Positions 1 through 20,007 of a stretch of 64,000 nucleotides of DNA are shown in pieces. The notes under the pieces are model-generated. The model was not told where the DNA came from and ran no database searches. It saw nothing but the letters and a program-made list of their open reading frames with translations. Position 1 is the first letter of the stretch, and every line of letters starts with the position of its first letter. The stretch covers positions 127,286,001-127,350,000 of the forward strand of contig OZ024741.1 in assembly GCA_964016885.1 (NCBI GenBank), written 5' to 3'. This DNA comes from Eledone cirrhosa (taxonomy: Eukaryota). The position numbers and the translations under genes are program-made.

Positions 1-1719
<1,719 letters not shown>

Positions 1720-3830
1720 TTCTTTATTTGCCACAAGGGCGCACGGGAAAAGGAGACAATACAAAGACACATGCCGGGGATTTTACATACAATCGTGTAA
1801 AAATATTATTAAAACAAACAAATTTAACAATCGAAATCTCCAATAGGGGGGAGGCGTTACAAATGGGTTGTTTAATACCCCGTCGATAGAACAACCCTCA
1901 ACTCCAGGAGCGTGTTGTGCAAGTGCTCCTTTATTCCTGTTGCTCTCATCTTCAACCTACAGGTTTATATACGGAGGCCCAATCGCTCGGGTCATTTTTG
2001 CTACATTCAGCCACCTTTCAGTAAATTTACTGGGGTGCAGTGCCTCTCCCTCCACTCTGATTCTCCTTCTAAAGTGCTACCTAAAGAAGGGAATGACTTG
2101 TTGTCCGGAGAGAAAGGCATCTGTCCTCAGTCCTCTCAATCTCGTCCACCATATAATCTCTTTTACCATAGCCACTATACAGAGGAAAACCGCCACCCTT
2201 TCGTTTTTGAAAGAAGTTGGCGGTTTTATCCTTACTATGGACTCGGCAGTCAACTGGATTTGTCCCATACGTGACAGCAGTTGTTCTGTGTAGTTCCACA
2301 TGTCGGTTACGCCCGGGTAGTGTCTAATTGCGTGCAAGACGGTTTCAATGCCTGCTCGCATCTTGGACACGTCCTCTTGGAAGGATCCCTGCCGGGGCCT
2401 CCGTGCCTGTAGATCTTGTCTCGAACTGATAGAGCTCCTCGGTAGTACTGTCAGGCCAGGGACCTCTGGAAGTTGTCCATAGGTCCCGGGCGGAAAGTCC
2501 TACCAAACAGACTGGTGAGCTCGTCGTCTTCGACGCCCAGAGTCTCTCCCAGCACGTTGTCGCACTTGTAACGTACTAACCCTGTATATAATGTCGAAGT
2601 GGAGTCTCCACTGATTGCTGTGCCCGCTTGAAAGAGGACTGTGAGCGCCTGAGCGCATTCAATGTGCCAGGCGCCCACTTTCTTCGGTCTCCGCTTGACC
2701 CAGGACTGCAGCTCCGTCAGCGAGACAAGTTGCGGGAAGGCCTGTCCCACAAACGGGGCCCACACCGGTTGTTCGGTGACGAATACCTGGAGATGCCGCA
2801 GCCTCAGCGCGTGTTTGCGCACCATCAGTCACGGCATTCCCAGCCCTCCATTGGAAGGGTGCTGACAGCAGACGGATCTCCTCCTCACCAGTGGAGCCTA
2901 CTCCTTCCAAAGGAACTGGAAGAACATGCGACCTGTCTTGGTGAGGTATTCACGGGGACAAGACACGACGGTCAAGCGCTAGTAGATGACGGACGCTATG
3001 AAAGTGTTCACCACCTCCACTCGACCTTTCAAGGATAGTTTGCACTCTGCCCACTTCTAGGTGAGTGCAAATACCTTGGCCGTGACCTCGTTCCAGTTTT
3101 TTTTCCACCTGGAGGTCCGGACCGAACCAGACCCCGAGCAATTTCACCGTTCCGTCCGTCCAGCGTCCGGCGACGCTGTCGGACGGCATCGGTTTCCCTC
3201 TCCACTTCCGAGTTGCAAACCGACAGACCTGTCCGGGTTCAGTTTTGCTCCTGTGAGCCTTTCGTATTCCTGCAGTAAGTTGCCGATCGCCCCGATTTCC
3301 AAGGTTTTCGATACCATTACTGTCACGTCGTCGGCATAAGCCGACGCCGCTTTCCGCAGTCCCGGTTCCAAGGGGATGGCCTGCAGAAGCTCTAACTTCC
3401 GCAGTAGTGGCTCTAGAGTCAATACGTACAGAATGGAGGAGAGAGGACATCCTTGTCGGATGGAACGCGTGATTACGAACGGTTCCGATAGGTAGCCGTT
3501 CACCTTGTGTGCATTGCGGCGATCAAGCCTCTGAAGACGGATCCGAAACCGGACGCCTTGAGAACCGCTTCCAAGTATTGATGGTCGACCCTATCGAATG
3601 CCTTAGACTGATCTAAATTGATCAGAGCCCCACTGAAGCCGGGTTTACACCCCACCCTTTGTATTATGTATCGCATGAGGTGGAGGTTGTCGTGTATGGA
3701 CCTGGTTGGAATTGCACACGTTTGAGCTTTTCCCACCAGATTCTCGACGACAAGCGCCAGCCTCGTTGCTAACACCTTGGCCAATATCTTTAACTCTGTG
3801 TTTAGGAGAGTTATGGGCCTAAAGTTGCTT
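1720..3830 (-). mobile_element. 5'-truncated, frameshifted Tx1/L1-clade LINE ORF2 (RT + C-terminal Cys/His region) with 3' AATAAA and (TCTA)n tail
   Basis: RT motifs [54 protein letters not shown] and CPRC..ETVLHA across ORFs 3500-3784, 3144-3503, 2950-3450, 2451-2825 and 2077-2370. GATA repeats on both sides (1597-1719, 3831-3843). Confidence 0.9.
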
Positions 3831-4409
3831 AGATAGATAGATACGCAGTGACACTTTTACCAAGCGTTGCGTCCGGCCGATGGTGCCAGTAATGTAAAGG
3901 CCAATGGAAACATTGGTTTCTTTATTTGATCTGACGATTGGCTCATTTCTTTATATATACACAGTAGTATTTTTGCCAAGAATTGCGACCGACAGATAAT
4001 ATCAACAATGAAAAGATCAATGGAAATATTTTAGAGGGGCGGAAACAGGAAATATTTATGCTCATCCATTTATCAATTGCATTATTTATCAATCCCCAAA
4101 ATAGGAGTGGGTTGAATGGTTTCTAATAGTGAAAGGATTTATGAAGCTTAATAAACCATAAGTCAAATTTGAAAATAGCAATAATATAACGTTATATGAA
4201 TAATATGTTATTACAAATTTAATTGGTTGGAAGATAATTTCAGTTGATAAAGAATAGCTATTGGTTAGATTAATGTAAAGATTCCACTGTCTATACAAAG
4301 TGCTTGCAGCTAGCGATTAATAATAAATACCAATTCTGAATTCATATAAATTTCTCTAACCTTTTAACAACTAAGAAAACATTGTAACTCCAGTAAATTT
4401 ACTTTTGAT

Positions 4410-4870
4410 ATCTTATTAGCTGTGAGCGGTAGATTAGCAGTATCGGTGGAGCGTCGGACAACATGCTTCCTAGCATAGAGAACGGCATTTGGCGATCAGA
4501 GTTCAAATCCTGTCAAGGTTAGCTTTCCTTACGAGGTCAATAAAATAAAGTATCACTGGGGGTCGATTTAATCGATTTTCCTCTTCCCCCAAATTGTTGG
4601 CCTTGTGCCTAAATCAGAAACCATTATCTTATTAGCTGTGAGAGTGATAGATTGGCAGAATTGGTAAAGTCTCAGATAAAATGCCATTGTGGTATTTGTT
4701 CTGGCTCTTTACATTACGAGTTCAAATCTCACCAAGGCCATCTTTACCTTTCATCATTCCAGGGTCAATAAAATAAAGTACCAGTTAAGTACGGGGGTTG
4801 GCTTTGTCAGATTTGCCCTTCCCCAAAATTTACTGGTCTTGTGCCTAAATTATAAATTGATATCTTATTA
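4410..4870 (+). mobile_element. Two tandem tRNA-type SINE copies
   Basis: Each has a B-box-like GAGTTCAAATC, the shared core GGTCAATAAAATAAAGTA and tail GGCCTTGTGCCTAAA. Units are delimited by repeated ATCTTATTAGC. The same family occurs at 58922-59106, 61030-61175 and elsewhere. Confidence 0.75.
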
Positions 4871-4880
4871 GCCGTTACTA

Positions 4881-5962
4881 CTACAACTAGTACATAACTA
4901 ACTGCTACAACTAGTACATAACTAACTGCTACAACTAGTACATAACTAACTGCTACAACTAGTACATAACTAACTGCTACAACTAGTACATAACTAACTG
5001 CTACAACTAGTACATAACTAACTGCTACAACTAGTACATAACTAACTGCTATAACTAGTACATAACTAACTGCTACAACTAGTACATAACTAACTGCTAC
5101 AACTAGTACATAACTAACTGCTACAACTAGTACATAACTAACTGCTACAACTAGTACATAACTAACTGCTACAACTAGTACATAACTAACTGCTATAACT
5201 AGTACATAACTAACTGCTACAACTAGTACATAACTAACTGCTACAACTAGTACATAACTAACTGCTACAACTAGTACATAACTAACTGCTACAACTAGTA
5301 CATAACTAACTGCTACAACTAGTACATAACTAACTGCTACAACTAGTACATAACTAACTGCTACAACTAGTACATAGCTAACTGCTACAACTAGTACATA
5401 ACTAACTGCTACAACTAGTACATAACTAACTGCTACAACTAGTACATAACTAACTGTTATAACTAGTACATAACTAACTGCTACAACTAGTACATAACTA
5501 ACTGTTATAACTAGTACATAACTAACTGCTACAACTAGTACATAACTAACTGTTATAACTAGTACATAACTAACTGCTACAACTAGTACATAACTAACTG
5601 CTACAACTAGTACATAACTAACTGCTACAACTAGTACATAACTAACTGTTATAACTAGTACATAACTAACTGCTACAACTAGTACATAACTAACTGTTAG
5701 AACTAGTACATAACTAACTGCTACAACTAGTACATAACTAACTGTTATAACTAGTACATAACTAACTGCTACAACTAGTACATAACTAACTGCTACAACT
5801 AGTACATAACTAACTGCTACAACTAGTACATAACTAACTGTTATAACTAGTACATAACTAACTGCTACAACTAGTACATAACTAACTGTTATAACTAGTA
5901 CATAACTAACTGCTACAACTAGTACATAGCTATCTGTTATAACTAGTACATAGCTAACTGTT
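4881..5962. repeat. 24-bp minisatellite (CTACAACTAGTACATAACTAACTG), ~45 copies
   Basis: Directly visible tandem array; explains the VVAVSYVL ORF 4807-6000. Confidence 0.97.
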
Positions 5963-6026
5963 TTACAGATGGAATAAGTAATAATCGGTTTCTTCACCAA
6001 TTTGTAACAAAGCTATATTTGTGAAT

Positions 6027-6143
<117 letters not shown>

Positions 6144-6465
6144 CCGGTTGATCTAAGATTCAATGGGAAAATTTGAATTTAGAAATGTAGTCGTTTCAAC
6201 GCAAATGATCATAATAATGATAGTCAATCACTATAAATAATAATTGAGAAAAATCAAATAAAGGTCCCTTCCAGGCGGAAAAAAGTCAACATTATCACCT
6301 GCAGGAATCAACATGGCATCTGTCGAATGCTGGGCGGCTGCGTTACCATCCGTCTCCAATAATTTATATACTCAACTTGTTCGACTATTTTACAATTAAA
6401 CCTGCGTTACAGCAGCTTACAATAGGCAAATATAATATAATATATATATATATATATGGGTGGGG

Positions 6466-6512
<47 letters not shown>

Positions 6513-6640
6513 GTTATTAGGTGAGTAACTTGTAGTTACTAGCGGCGACACTGGCAAAGCACTCGATGCTGTTACAGTGTCCGTCTCTCGTTAGGTTGTG
6601 CTCCGGGTTTAAGGCGGCTGTAGTTTGCAGAATGTATATA

Positions 6641-6718
<78 letters not shown>

Positions 6719-6764
6719 AAGAGTGAAGAATAATATGGTCGGCTGTACAAAAAGGTTTTATTTT

Positions 6765-6879
6765 CAGTATTAACAATTGTTTCATTGATCAGGTGAGTCT
6801 AAAGGCCGCTAATCACTCGAAGTTGCGTCACTCGACCTTAAATACAGAGTGTGTTTCTGATCAAATCATCGGTATACTG
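6765..6879 (-). ncRNA. Degenerate type-I hammerhead ribozyme motif with long stem II, in a short insert in (TA)n
   Basis: Minus strand: CAGTATA-CCGATGA-T-TTGATCAG...CTGATCAA-T-GAAACAATTGTT-AATACTG. The core has a U4>C change. Confidence 0.45.
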
Positions 6880-6897
6880 GAGGGTGTAACACATGGC

Positions 6898-6969
<72 letters not shown>

Positions 6970-6971
<2 letters not shown>

Positions 6972-7900
6972 AAAATGTTTAACCCCGACGGCAGAGCTCA
7001 AGCCATCGAAACGGCTTGAGCTCTGCCGTTGGGGTTAAACATTTTACAATTATTTCCACCCTCACCACTCTTACAGGCCCTAACGGGTCTTTCCGTATCC
7101 GCCATTCCTTCACCTGCACATCCACCCACGTTGTCTATGCTCTCCGGTGTTCTCTTTGCGGGTCTTTATATATCCGACAAACGGGACGCCGTATGGCGGA
7201 CCGTTTTGCCGAACATTTGAGGGACATACGACTCGGTTTGGATACTCATGTCGCCCGTCATTTCTGTTCTTCTGGTCATTCTTCCCTACATGTTTCAGTC
7301 CTGGGTGTCCTTTTACATCATGGATCACAGGCCTCAAGCACCAGGATTGAACAAAGTATGATTCATCGTCTTGGGTCCTTTTCCCCTCTTGGACTCAACT
7401 CACCTCCCCAATTTCTCTAATACCCCGTCCATTATCACACCCCTAGATTCCTATCGCTTTCTCTTTGCTCATAGCTTCGTAGTCACATATACACACACAT
7501 TTCTTCTTAGCTTCATATGGACGTATAATAACACACACACGCGTGCTAAAGTATAGCTCTTTTTACAAAACGTTTTTTTTTTTTTCATTTCAGGTAGACA
7601 CGCGCCATCATCCACTTTCCTAAAAGAACAAATCATACACAAAACGCCAGCACAAACAGTTTTGCAAGAGATGTCAACATGAAGGGACCTATTATTTTTA
7701 TCTAAAGACATTTTTTCCAAATCCATCCGCCCGTCCCCTTAATCTATTTTATTTCTCATTTTTTCTTCTGATGAAGGACTAGCGTCCGAAACGCTAAGAC
7801 CCTCTTCCTGCTGTATCAAGCGTTAACCTAATATATACCTTCCATATACTGTACCGATTGTATTGTTATTTCTGTTTACCTTTTACATACATATATATAT
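6970..7900 (+). mobile_element. 3' part of a Penelope-like element (CCHH-type GIY-YIG endonuclease, Neptune-like) with 5' hairpin and downstream hammerhead-like motif
   Basis: ORF 7016-7420: FTCTSTHVVYALRCSLCGSLYIRQTGRRMADRFAEH...VARHF...H...PLGLN. Hairpin at 6971-7045. CTGATGA-AGGAC-TAGC-GTCC-GAAAC at 7768-7792. (TA)n flanks. Confidence 0.85.
7764..7799 (+). ncRNA. Minimal hammerhead ribozyme motif (cleavage-site region imperfect)
   Basis: TCTT-CTGATGA-A-GGAC-TAGC-GTCC-GAAAC-GCT-AAGA. Confidence 0.6.
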
Positions 7901-7960
7901 ATATATGGGACTGTCCGTCTTTCCGTTATTTCCTGTGCGCTCCTTATTTTGATTTTATAT

Positions 7961-8672
7961 TCTAGTTTTTCTCCACCTGGAGGTCTGGACCGTACCAGAC
8001 CCCGAGCAATTTCACCGGTCCGTCCGTCCAGCGTCCAACGACGCTGTCGGAAGGCATCGGTTTGATTCTCCACGTTCCGAGTTGCAAACCGACAGAGTTT
8101 CCGGATTCAGTTTTGCTCCTGTGAGCCTTTCATATACCTGCAGTAAGTTGCCGATCGCCCCGATTTCGGAGGCTTCCGACACCAATACTGTCACGTCGTC
8201 GGCATAAGCCGACGCCGCTTTCCGCAGTCCCGGTTCTAACGGAATGCCCTGCTGCAGCTCCAGCTTCCGCAATAGTGGCTCCAGAGTCAGTACATACAGA
8301 ATGGAGGAGAGAGGGCATCCGTGTCGGATGGAATGCGTGATTGCGAACGGCTCCGATAGGTAGCCGTTCACCTTGACCATCGAGCAGATGTTGGTGTGCA
8401 TTCCTTTGATCCAGCCTCTGAAGACGGGTCCTAAACCGGCCGCCTTGAGAATCGCTTCCAAGTAACGATGGTCGACCCTATCGAATGCCTTGATCAGAGC
8501 CCCAACGAAGCCCGGTTTACACCCCACCCCTGTATGATGTATCGCATGAGGTGGAGGTTGTCGTGTATGGACCTGGTCGGGATTGCACACGTTTGCGCTT
8601 GCCCTACCAGGTTTTCGACGACAAGCGCCAGCCTCGTTGCTAGCACCTTGGCAAAATCTTTAACTCTGTGTT
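7961..8672 (-). mobile_element. Internal RT fragment of the same Tx1-like LINE family as 1720-3830
   Basis: Near-colinear similarity to 3092-3802; KAFDRVDH, GCPLS and AYADD in ORF 8012-8590. Confidence 0.9.
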
Positions 8673-8745
8673 ATGTATTGTCAAAACTCTTTCTTTTACA
8701 CATTCTGTAACCTCCGCAGTGACTAGATTTTTATGTTGTGTCCCT

Positions 8746-8827
<82 letters not shown>

Positions 8828-8879
8828 TATGTCTACGTACAGTAGTATGTATATATATACATACATGCACACATATATA

Positions 8880-9297
8880 TATGTACGTATGGATTTACCG
8901 AGCACTTATTATAATACTCGGTTTGTTTGTAAACAAACGAACATCCCGAATTAAGCCGTGCTTTTGTTCAACACTGACAAAGGAACGATGTACTAGTTTC
9001 AAGCTTACTAGCTATCGTCAGCACCGTATACCGTCCTGCCAGATGATTGAATGTCTGAAAGTATATACTTTCCTTATGCATATTAACGGCTAAGCAGCCT
9101 AATTTGCATATCGAGTGAGTTAATCGGCCGGGCGCACCGAAAAGGATAAATGGAAAAAATGAAACGAAATTTCATTTCTCACTCTTAGTACGGCTGTTAC
9201 TTAAATATAAGTATGTATATAAGCCGTACAGTGTTTAGCAACCATCGTTGCCCTTTTGTTCAACACTGACAAAGGAACGATGTACTAGTTTCCAGCT
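8880..9297 (-). mobile_element. Short non-coding retrozyme-like element: ~292-nt monomer with partial terminal repeat and hammerhead
   Basis: TTTTGTTCAACACTGACAAAGGAACGATGTACTAGTTTC occurs twice, 292 nt apart. Flanked by (TA)n. An inverted partial copy lies at 10465-10610. Confidence 0.65.
8986..9026 (-). ncRNA. Minimal type-I hammerhead ribozyme
   Basis: Minus strand: CGGTG-CTGACGA-TAGCT-AGTA-AGCTT-GAAAC-TA-GTA^CATCG. Stem I CGGTG/CATCG, palindromic ACTAGT stem III, GUA site. Confidence 0.8.
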
Positions 9298-9444
9298 ATA
9301 TATATATATATATATACTATATATATAATATATATATTATATATATATACTATATATATAATATATATATTATATATATATACTATATATATAATATATA
9401 TATTATATATATACTATATATATAATATATATATTATATATATA

Positions 9445-10225
9445 TCTATATATATAAAACTGTGGTTGTCTGTCTGTCTATCGATTTTTGGCACACATCT
9501 CCTCTTAGAATCTCTGACGGAATTGCACCGAAATTGCTATACTTGTACATTGAGCCCTAGCGAAGACATCGGAAAAAAGATATTTCAAATTGACCCACCC
9601 TATGTGACGAAATCGAATATAATGTATCGATTTTTGAGCGTAAGTTATCAGTTATTTCCCTTTGTTCTGTTTACATTGAGCGTCTTACGTAAAAAATTAC
9701 GCTGGCTTTCTCAGTTGTCGAGCCAGCAAAATATTGACCTGCAAAATTCATCAGTTCGAACACTAAGCTTCCGTTTTGCTTCATTTCCATTTAAAAGCAT
9801 TTTAAAACAATATTTGTACTTGAAAACAAGTCTATTTAAAGACTACGTAAAACAAGCAAATATTTCAGGCGTGCAGACAGACAGTCGTGCAGAGAGGTGA
9901 TATAGGCGTGCAGACAGACATAACTGATAATTTGGTTACGCTAATGTTTTTCTCTGCGTTGCAGTGTTTACATTTTCGATCTTTGTTAATAAATAACCAG
10001 TGCAGTTTTTATCCCCAGCATCCTCTTTTGTTATAACATTCGGGTTATCGTTATGTTTTCTTAACTTCATAAGGCATATTGTTGGTTGAGGGAATATTAA
10101 TCAAAAACACCACATGCAAGTCTGCACAGTAGACATTACAGTTTTTAAGCCAAAAAAGAAACTTAACATTGTAACTTTAACACAGCTACTGAGCGACCCC
10201 GAGCAACGCCGGGCTTTACTGCTAG
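9445..10225 (+). mobile_element. Non-autonomous Helitron
   Basis: 5' TC(TATATATATAAAA) followed by (CTGT)n; subterminal hairpin CCCGAGCAACGCCGGG (10198-10213); 3' CTAG; inserted between A and T within (TA)n. Confidence 0.8.
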
Positions 10226-10241
10226 TATACTATATATATAC

Positions 10242-10307
<66 letters not shown>

Positions 10308-10308
10308 T

Positions 10309-10397
<89 letters not shown>

Positions 10398-10405
10398 TAT
10401 ATATT

Positions 10406-10466
<61 letters not shown>

Positions 10467-10632
10467 CTTGAAACCAGTACATCGTTCCTTTGTCAGTGTT
10501 GAACAAAAGGGCAACGATGGTTGCTAAACACTGTACGGCTTATATACATACTTATATTTAAGTAACAGCCGTACTAAGAGTGAGAAATGAAATTTCGTTT
10601 CATTTTTTCGATTCAACCCGGAATAACGTATA

Positions 10633-10675
<43 letters not shown>

Positions 10676-10717
10676 ATTATATATATATATATATACTATA
10701 TATATATATTATGTATG

Positions 10718-10758
<41 letters not shown>

Positions 10759-10767
10759 ATATATATA

Positions 10768-10821
<54 letters not shown>

Positions 10822-10895
10822 TATATATATATATAGTATATATATATATATAGTATATATATATATATAGTATATCTATATAGTATATCTATATA

Positions 10896-10987
<92 letters not shown>

Positions 10988-11026
10988 ACAATGATATTAA
11001 ATAAATGGAAATTATAAAACCATATT

Positions 11027-11090
11027 TATTTTATTATATATATTTCAAGGGTACCAAGACAACGTTGGTACGCTTTCATCAGATCAAATA
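11027..11090 (-). ncRNA. Type-I hammerhead ribozyme motif
   Basis: Minus strand: TATTTGAT-CTGATGA-AAGC-GTACCAA-CGTTGTC-TTGGTAC-CCTT-GAAA-TATATA-TA^ATAAAATA. Confidence 0.7.
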
Positions 11091-12806
11091 CAAAGTTTGA
11101 TTTATAAATCGAGACGTACCCATGAAAATCATACCTTATTGGTTGGAAATTCACTGGATAGTGGAAATATATTAGGGATTATTCAAACTTATGCGTGAAT
11201 ATGCAAATGAATATGTAAATAATTGAAAAACAACCGTTTATTTAAACGACTATGGAGAAAGAGAGAGAGAAGATATAAGGGGAGAAAGATAAAAAATAGT
11301 ACGAGATAGAGAGAATAAATAAACAAGAGAGGATGAATAAAACTCATATAACGTTAATTTGGGGGAAATATATTCTAATTATATATCTTAATAGTACGTG
11401 TATTTACGATTTCAGTTGTTAAAATTCCTTTATAATATATTTTCTGTTAATGTAGATAAATAAATAAATAAATAAATAAATGGGTATATCTTGTTATAGA
11501 TAATTGTTTCAATGAGTTATGAGAGATATTGGTTTTGTATTTAATGTAAATAAATATTAAGTTAAATTAAATTAAATTAACTGAGTTAATAAGAATATTT
11601 ATATTTATATATTTTAAAAAGGGATGATACGGAAAAACTCCAGTTTAATTTATTTATTCGTTAGTATGAGACTATTTAGTCAAAATAAGTATAAATGTTG
11701 AAAGTTATATTTAGCCAGAATCAGTTAGTGGTTATAAATCTAATAAAAAATATTGAAAAAATATTAAAAATTGGAGAAAAAATTTTTTTTTTTAATAATT
11801 TATAAGAGATAAGTAATTTTTAAAGAAATAAAAATTAAAGAAATAAAAATAAAGAATTAAAAATTATTAAGATTAAAATTAAAATTAAAATTAAAATTTA
11901 AAAAAAATTAGAATTATATATGTATAGATTTTATGAAACTTTAAGAAGTGGAATTATAACAAATGTTATAGATATTATGATTTAGAGATATCACTATATT
12001 AAAACCTAGTGGATAAGATTGTTATGGAAATAAGTAGAAATATTATAAGTATAATTATAATTTATATATAGTTCTGAATGTTGAATTCAGGCGATGTTTA
12101 CAAGAATTAAATAAATTCGTTATTCGATTAATAGGGTTCTTACATTTAAGTGTGAAAAAAATTTCCTCAACACACAATTTGCAGAATCTAGATAAAGCTG
12201 TGTTTCAGTACGCGGGTGCTTTGAAACTATTTCCCAAGTACGAAATAATATAGCTTAAGAGAAACATGACAATAATGATAGGATAGGCACCCAATATTTT
12301 GAAGCGGTTTATAGAATTCTCTTGGCCTTTGTCTTTCTAAATAGAGCTTTAAAGAATTAGCTTTTAAAGATTTTCCCTTTTCTTTAAATCAATCAACCAT
12401 GACTGATCCCCAACCATCTCATAGACACCTGAAATATAGGCATTGTTAGCCTAGGAGAAACTTAAAAATAAGGAGTGGCTCCCCAATCTGAACTTGTTTA
12501 TAGAATTCTTTCTGCATTTGTCACTCTAAATATAATTTATAGCCTTAAAGAATTAGCTTTTAATGAATTCCCTTTTCTACCAACCAATGACCTCCACCCA
12601 TCCCACTCCCCACTCTCTCCTACCACTTGAAAGGATATAAATACCACAACATTTATTTTGGAAAGCCATATTCCTGATGATTTCTAAAGAATTAAACAGT
12701 TCTAGTCCTGTAGAATCTCATCTATATTAAAACTTTTATACTCTGCTCTATGTATTGAGTACCTTACTTACTGTGGTTACCTCCGATTCAACCCGGAATA
12801 ACTTAC

Positions 12807-12884
<78 letters not shown>

Positions 12885-12886
<2 letters not shown>

Positions 12887-13958
12887 AAGAACACAAGAGC
12901 GTATACAACATCAAAAGATTTTTATTGGCTTACAATGTTTCTTCCTTACGTAACCGTAGGATTCGTCAGAGCTATAAAAGGGGTTTGATTGGTGTTATGG
13001 ACTCTACCAACCAAACATTCAAGAACAAAGAGTAAAGAGAGTAAAGAGCAAAAGTAGGGGGACGATAAGTCTAATTTTGGTGCGGGAGGGTGGGGTGTGG
13101 GTCCTTGTTTACTAGCTGCGGTCATATTCATTCCCGGGAGTCGAGTGGTTAGCTGAACCATAGATGGGGTAGCGTCGATAGTATGGTGCAGAGGGTGTGC
13201 AGAGGCTACACAAACACAAAGGGCACACAATATATATATATATATAGCGGAGGAGAAAGTACATGAGGTAATTAGAAATGGAAAAAGAGTAATAATAATA
13301 ATCTATAATTAATAGTGTATAATAAGGCATGGGGAAGATTACACTATAATAAGGTATAAAAGTAAGAATAAGGTAAAATATAAAGGAGGATAAAAGTGGA
13401 AATAATAAAGATAAAAAAATATATAGAGAATATATAAAGAAATATAAGCGAATATTTGGAGGGGAAAACACAATGTAAAAAAACCGATTTTTTCAAATAA
13501 AAATAAAAATATAATAATTATGGGGGGAGAAAATGGGATAGAGAAATATGATCAAATGTGATTAGTTGAGAGAATATAAGATGATAATAGTTATGTCAAG
13601 TTTATACATCTTAATAATAAATAATCTGTGTATCAGAGTTACAGAATCTTCAATTCACTTACAGGTTCAAGCCACGTGGCATAGTCCATTGTTTATCTGT
13701 GCGGTCATGCGCGTTTGTTTTTGACACCACAGCAGATGCACAAGTTCGTAAATTCCAATGCAGATAGAAATCTATTTTTGCTCACCCGGACATTGACGGA
13801 GGATCCAATATTCCTAGTTCAATATGTGTGTGGTGTTATTTTGGTCGCACAAATCAATCACTTGGTTCAATATTATGGAGTATGGTTTTCTGATCTTCGT
13901 AACAGTGTCGGTGGTTGTATATCTGGAAATCACAAGGATCACAGTACTCCGGTTTGGT
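12885..13958 (-). mobile_element. Probable decayed 3' end of a Penelope-like element
   Basis: GIY-YIG C-terminal-like peptide KQWTMPRGLNL* near 13660-13695 (minus), then an AT-rich UTR and a hammerhead ending in (TA)n. Confidence 0.4.
12920..12979 (-). ncRNA. Type-I hammerhead ribozyme motif
   Basis: Minus strand: TTTTATAGCT-CTGACGA-A-TCCTACG-GTTA-CGTAAGGA-A-GAAAC-ATT-GTA^AGCCAATAAAA. Confidence 0.75.
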
Positions 13959-17225
<3,267 letters not shown>

Positions 17226-17234
17226 TTTCATTAA

Positions 17235-19740
<2,506 letters not shown>

Positions 19741-19963
19741 TTATAGTAATAATAATAAAATTGAACACTAAAATCCAAAGAGGGCTCGATAAGGAAAATA
19801 TATATCAAATATATAAGAACCGTAGAGCAATCCCGTTAAGGGTGAAAGCAGCGATTCTTTGCTTAAACTTTAATCTGTTATTTTATAAATATATCTATTA
19901 CATATATAATATATATGTAATATATATATATATATATTATATATATATATATATTATATATAT

Positions 19964-20001
<38 letters not shown>

Positions 20002-20007
20002 TATATA

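Noticed and set aside
4807-6000. 397-aa VVAVSYVL repeat ORF; also a superficially CRISPR-like array
   Set aside because: Translation of a 24-bp minisatellite with no stop in one frame; there are no unique spacers and no cas genes
6270-6360. tRNA-like sequence on the minus strand
   Set aside because: No cloverleaf; at most a decayed SINE head
8680-8750. Peptide KNLVTAEV resembling GPI exon 2 (SKNLVTEDV)
   Set aside because: No DYS before it, no convincing splice sites, and it sits between (TA)n and a LINE fragment
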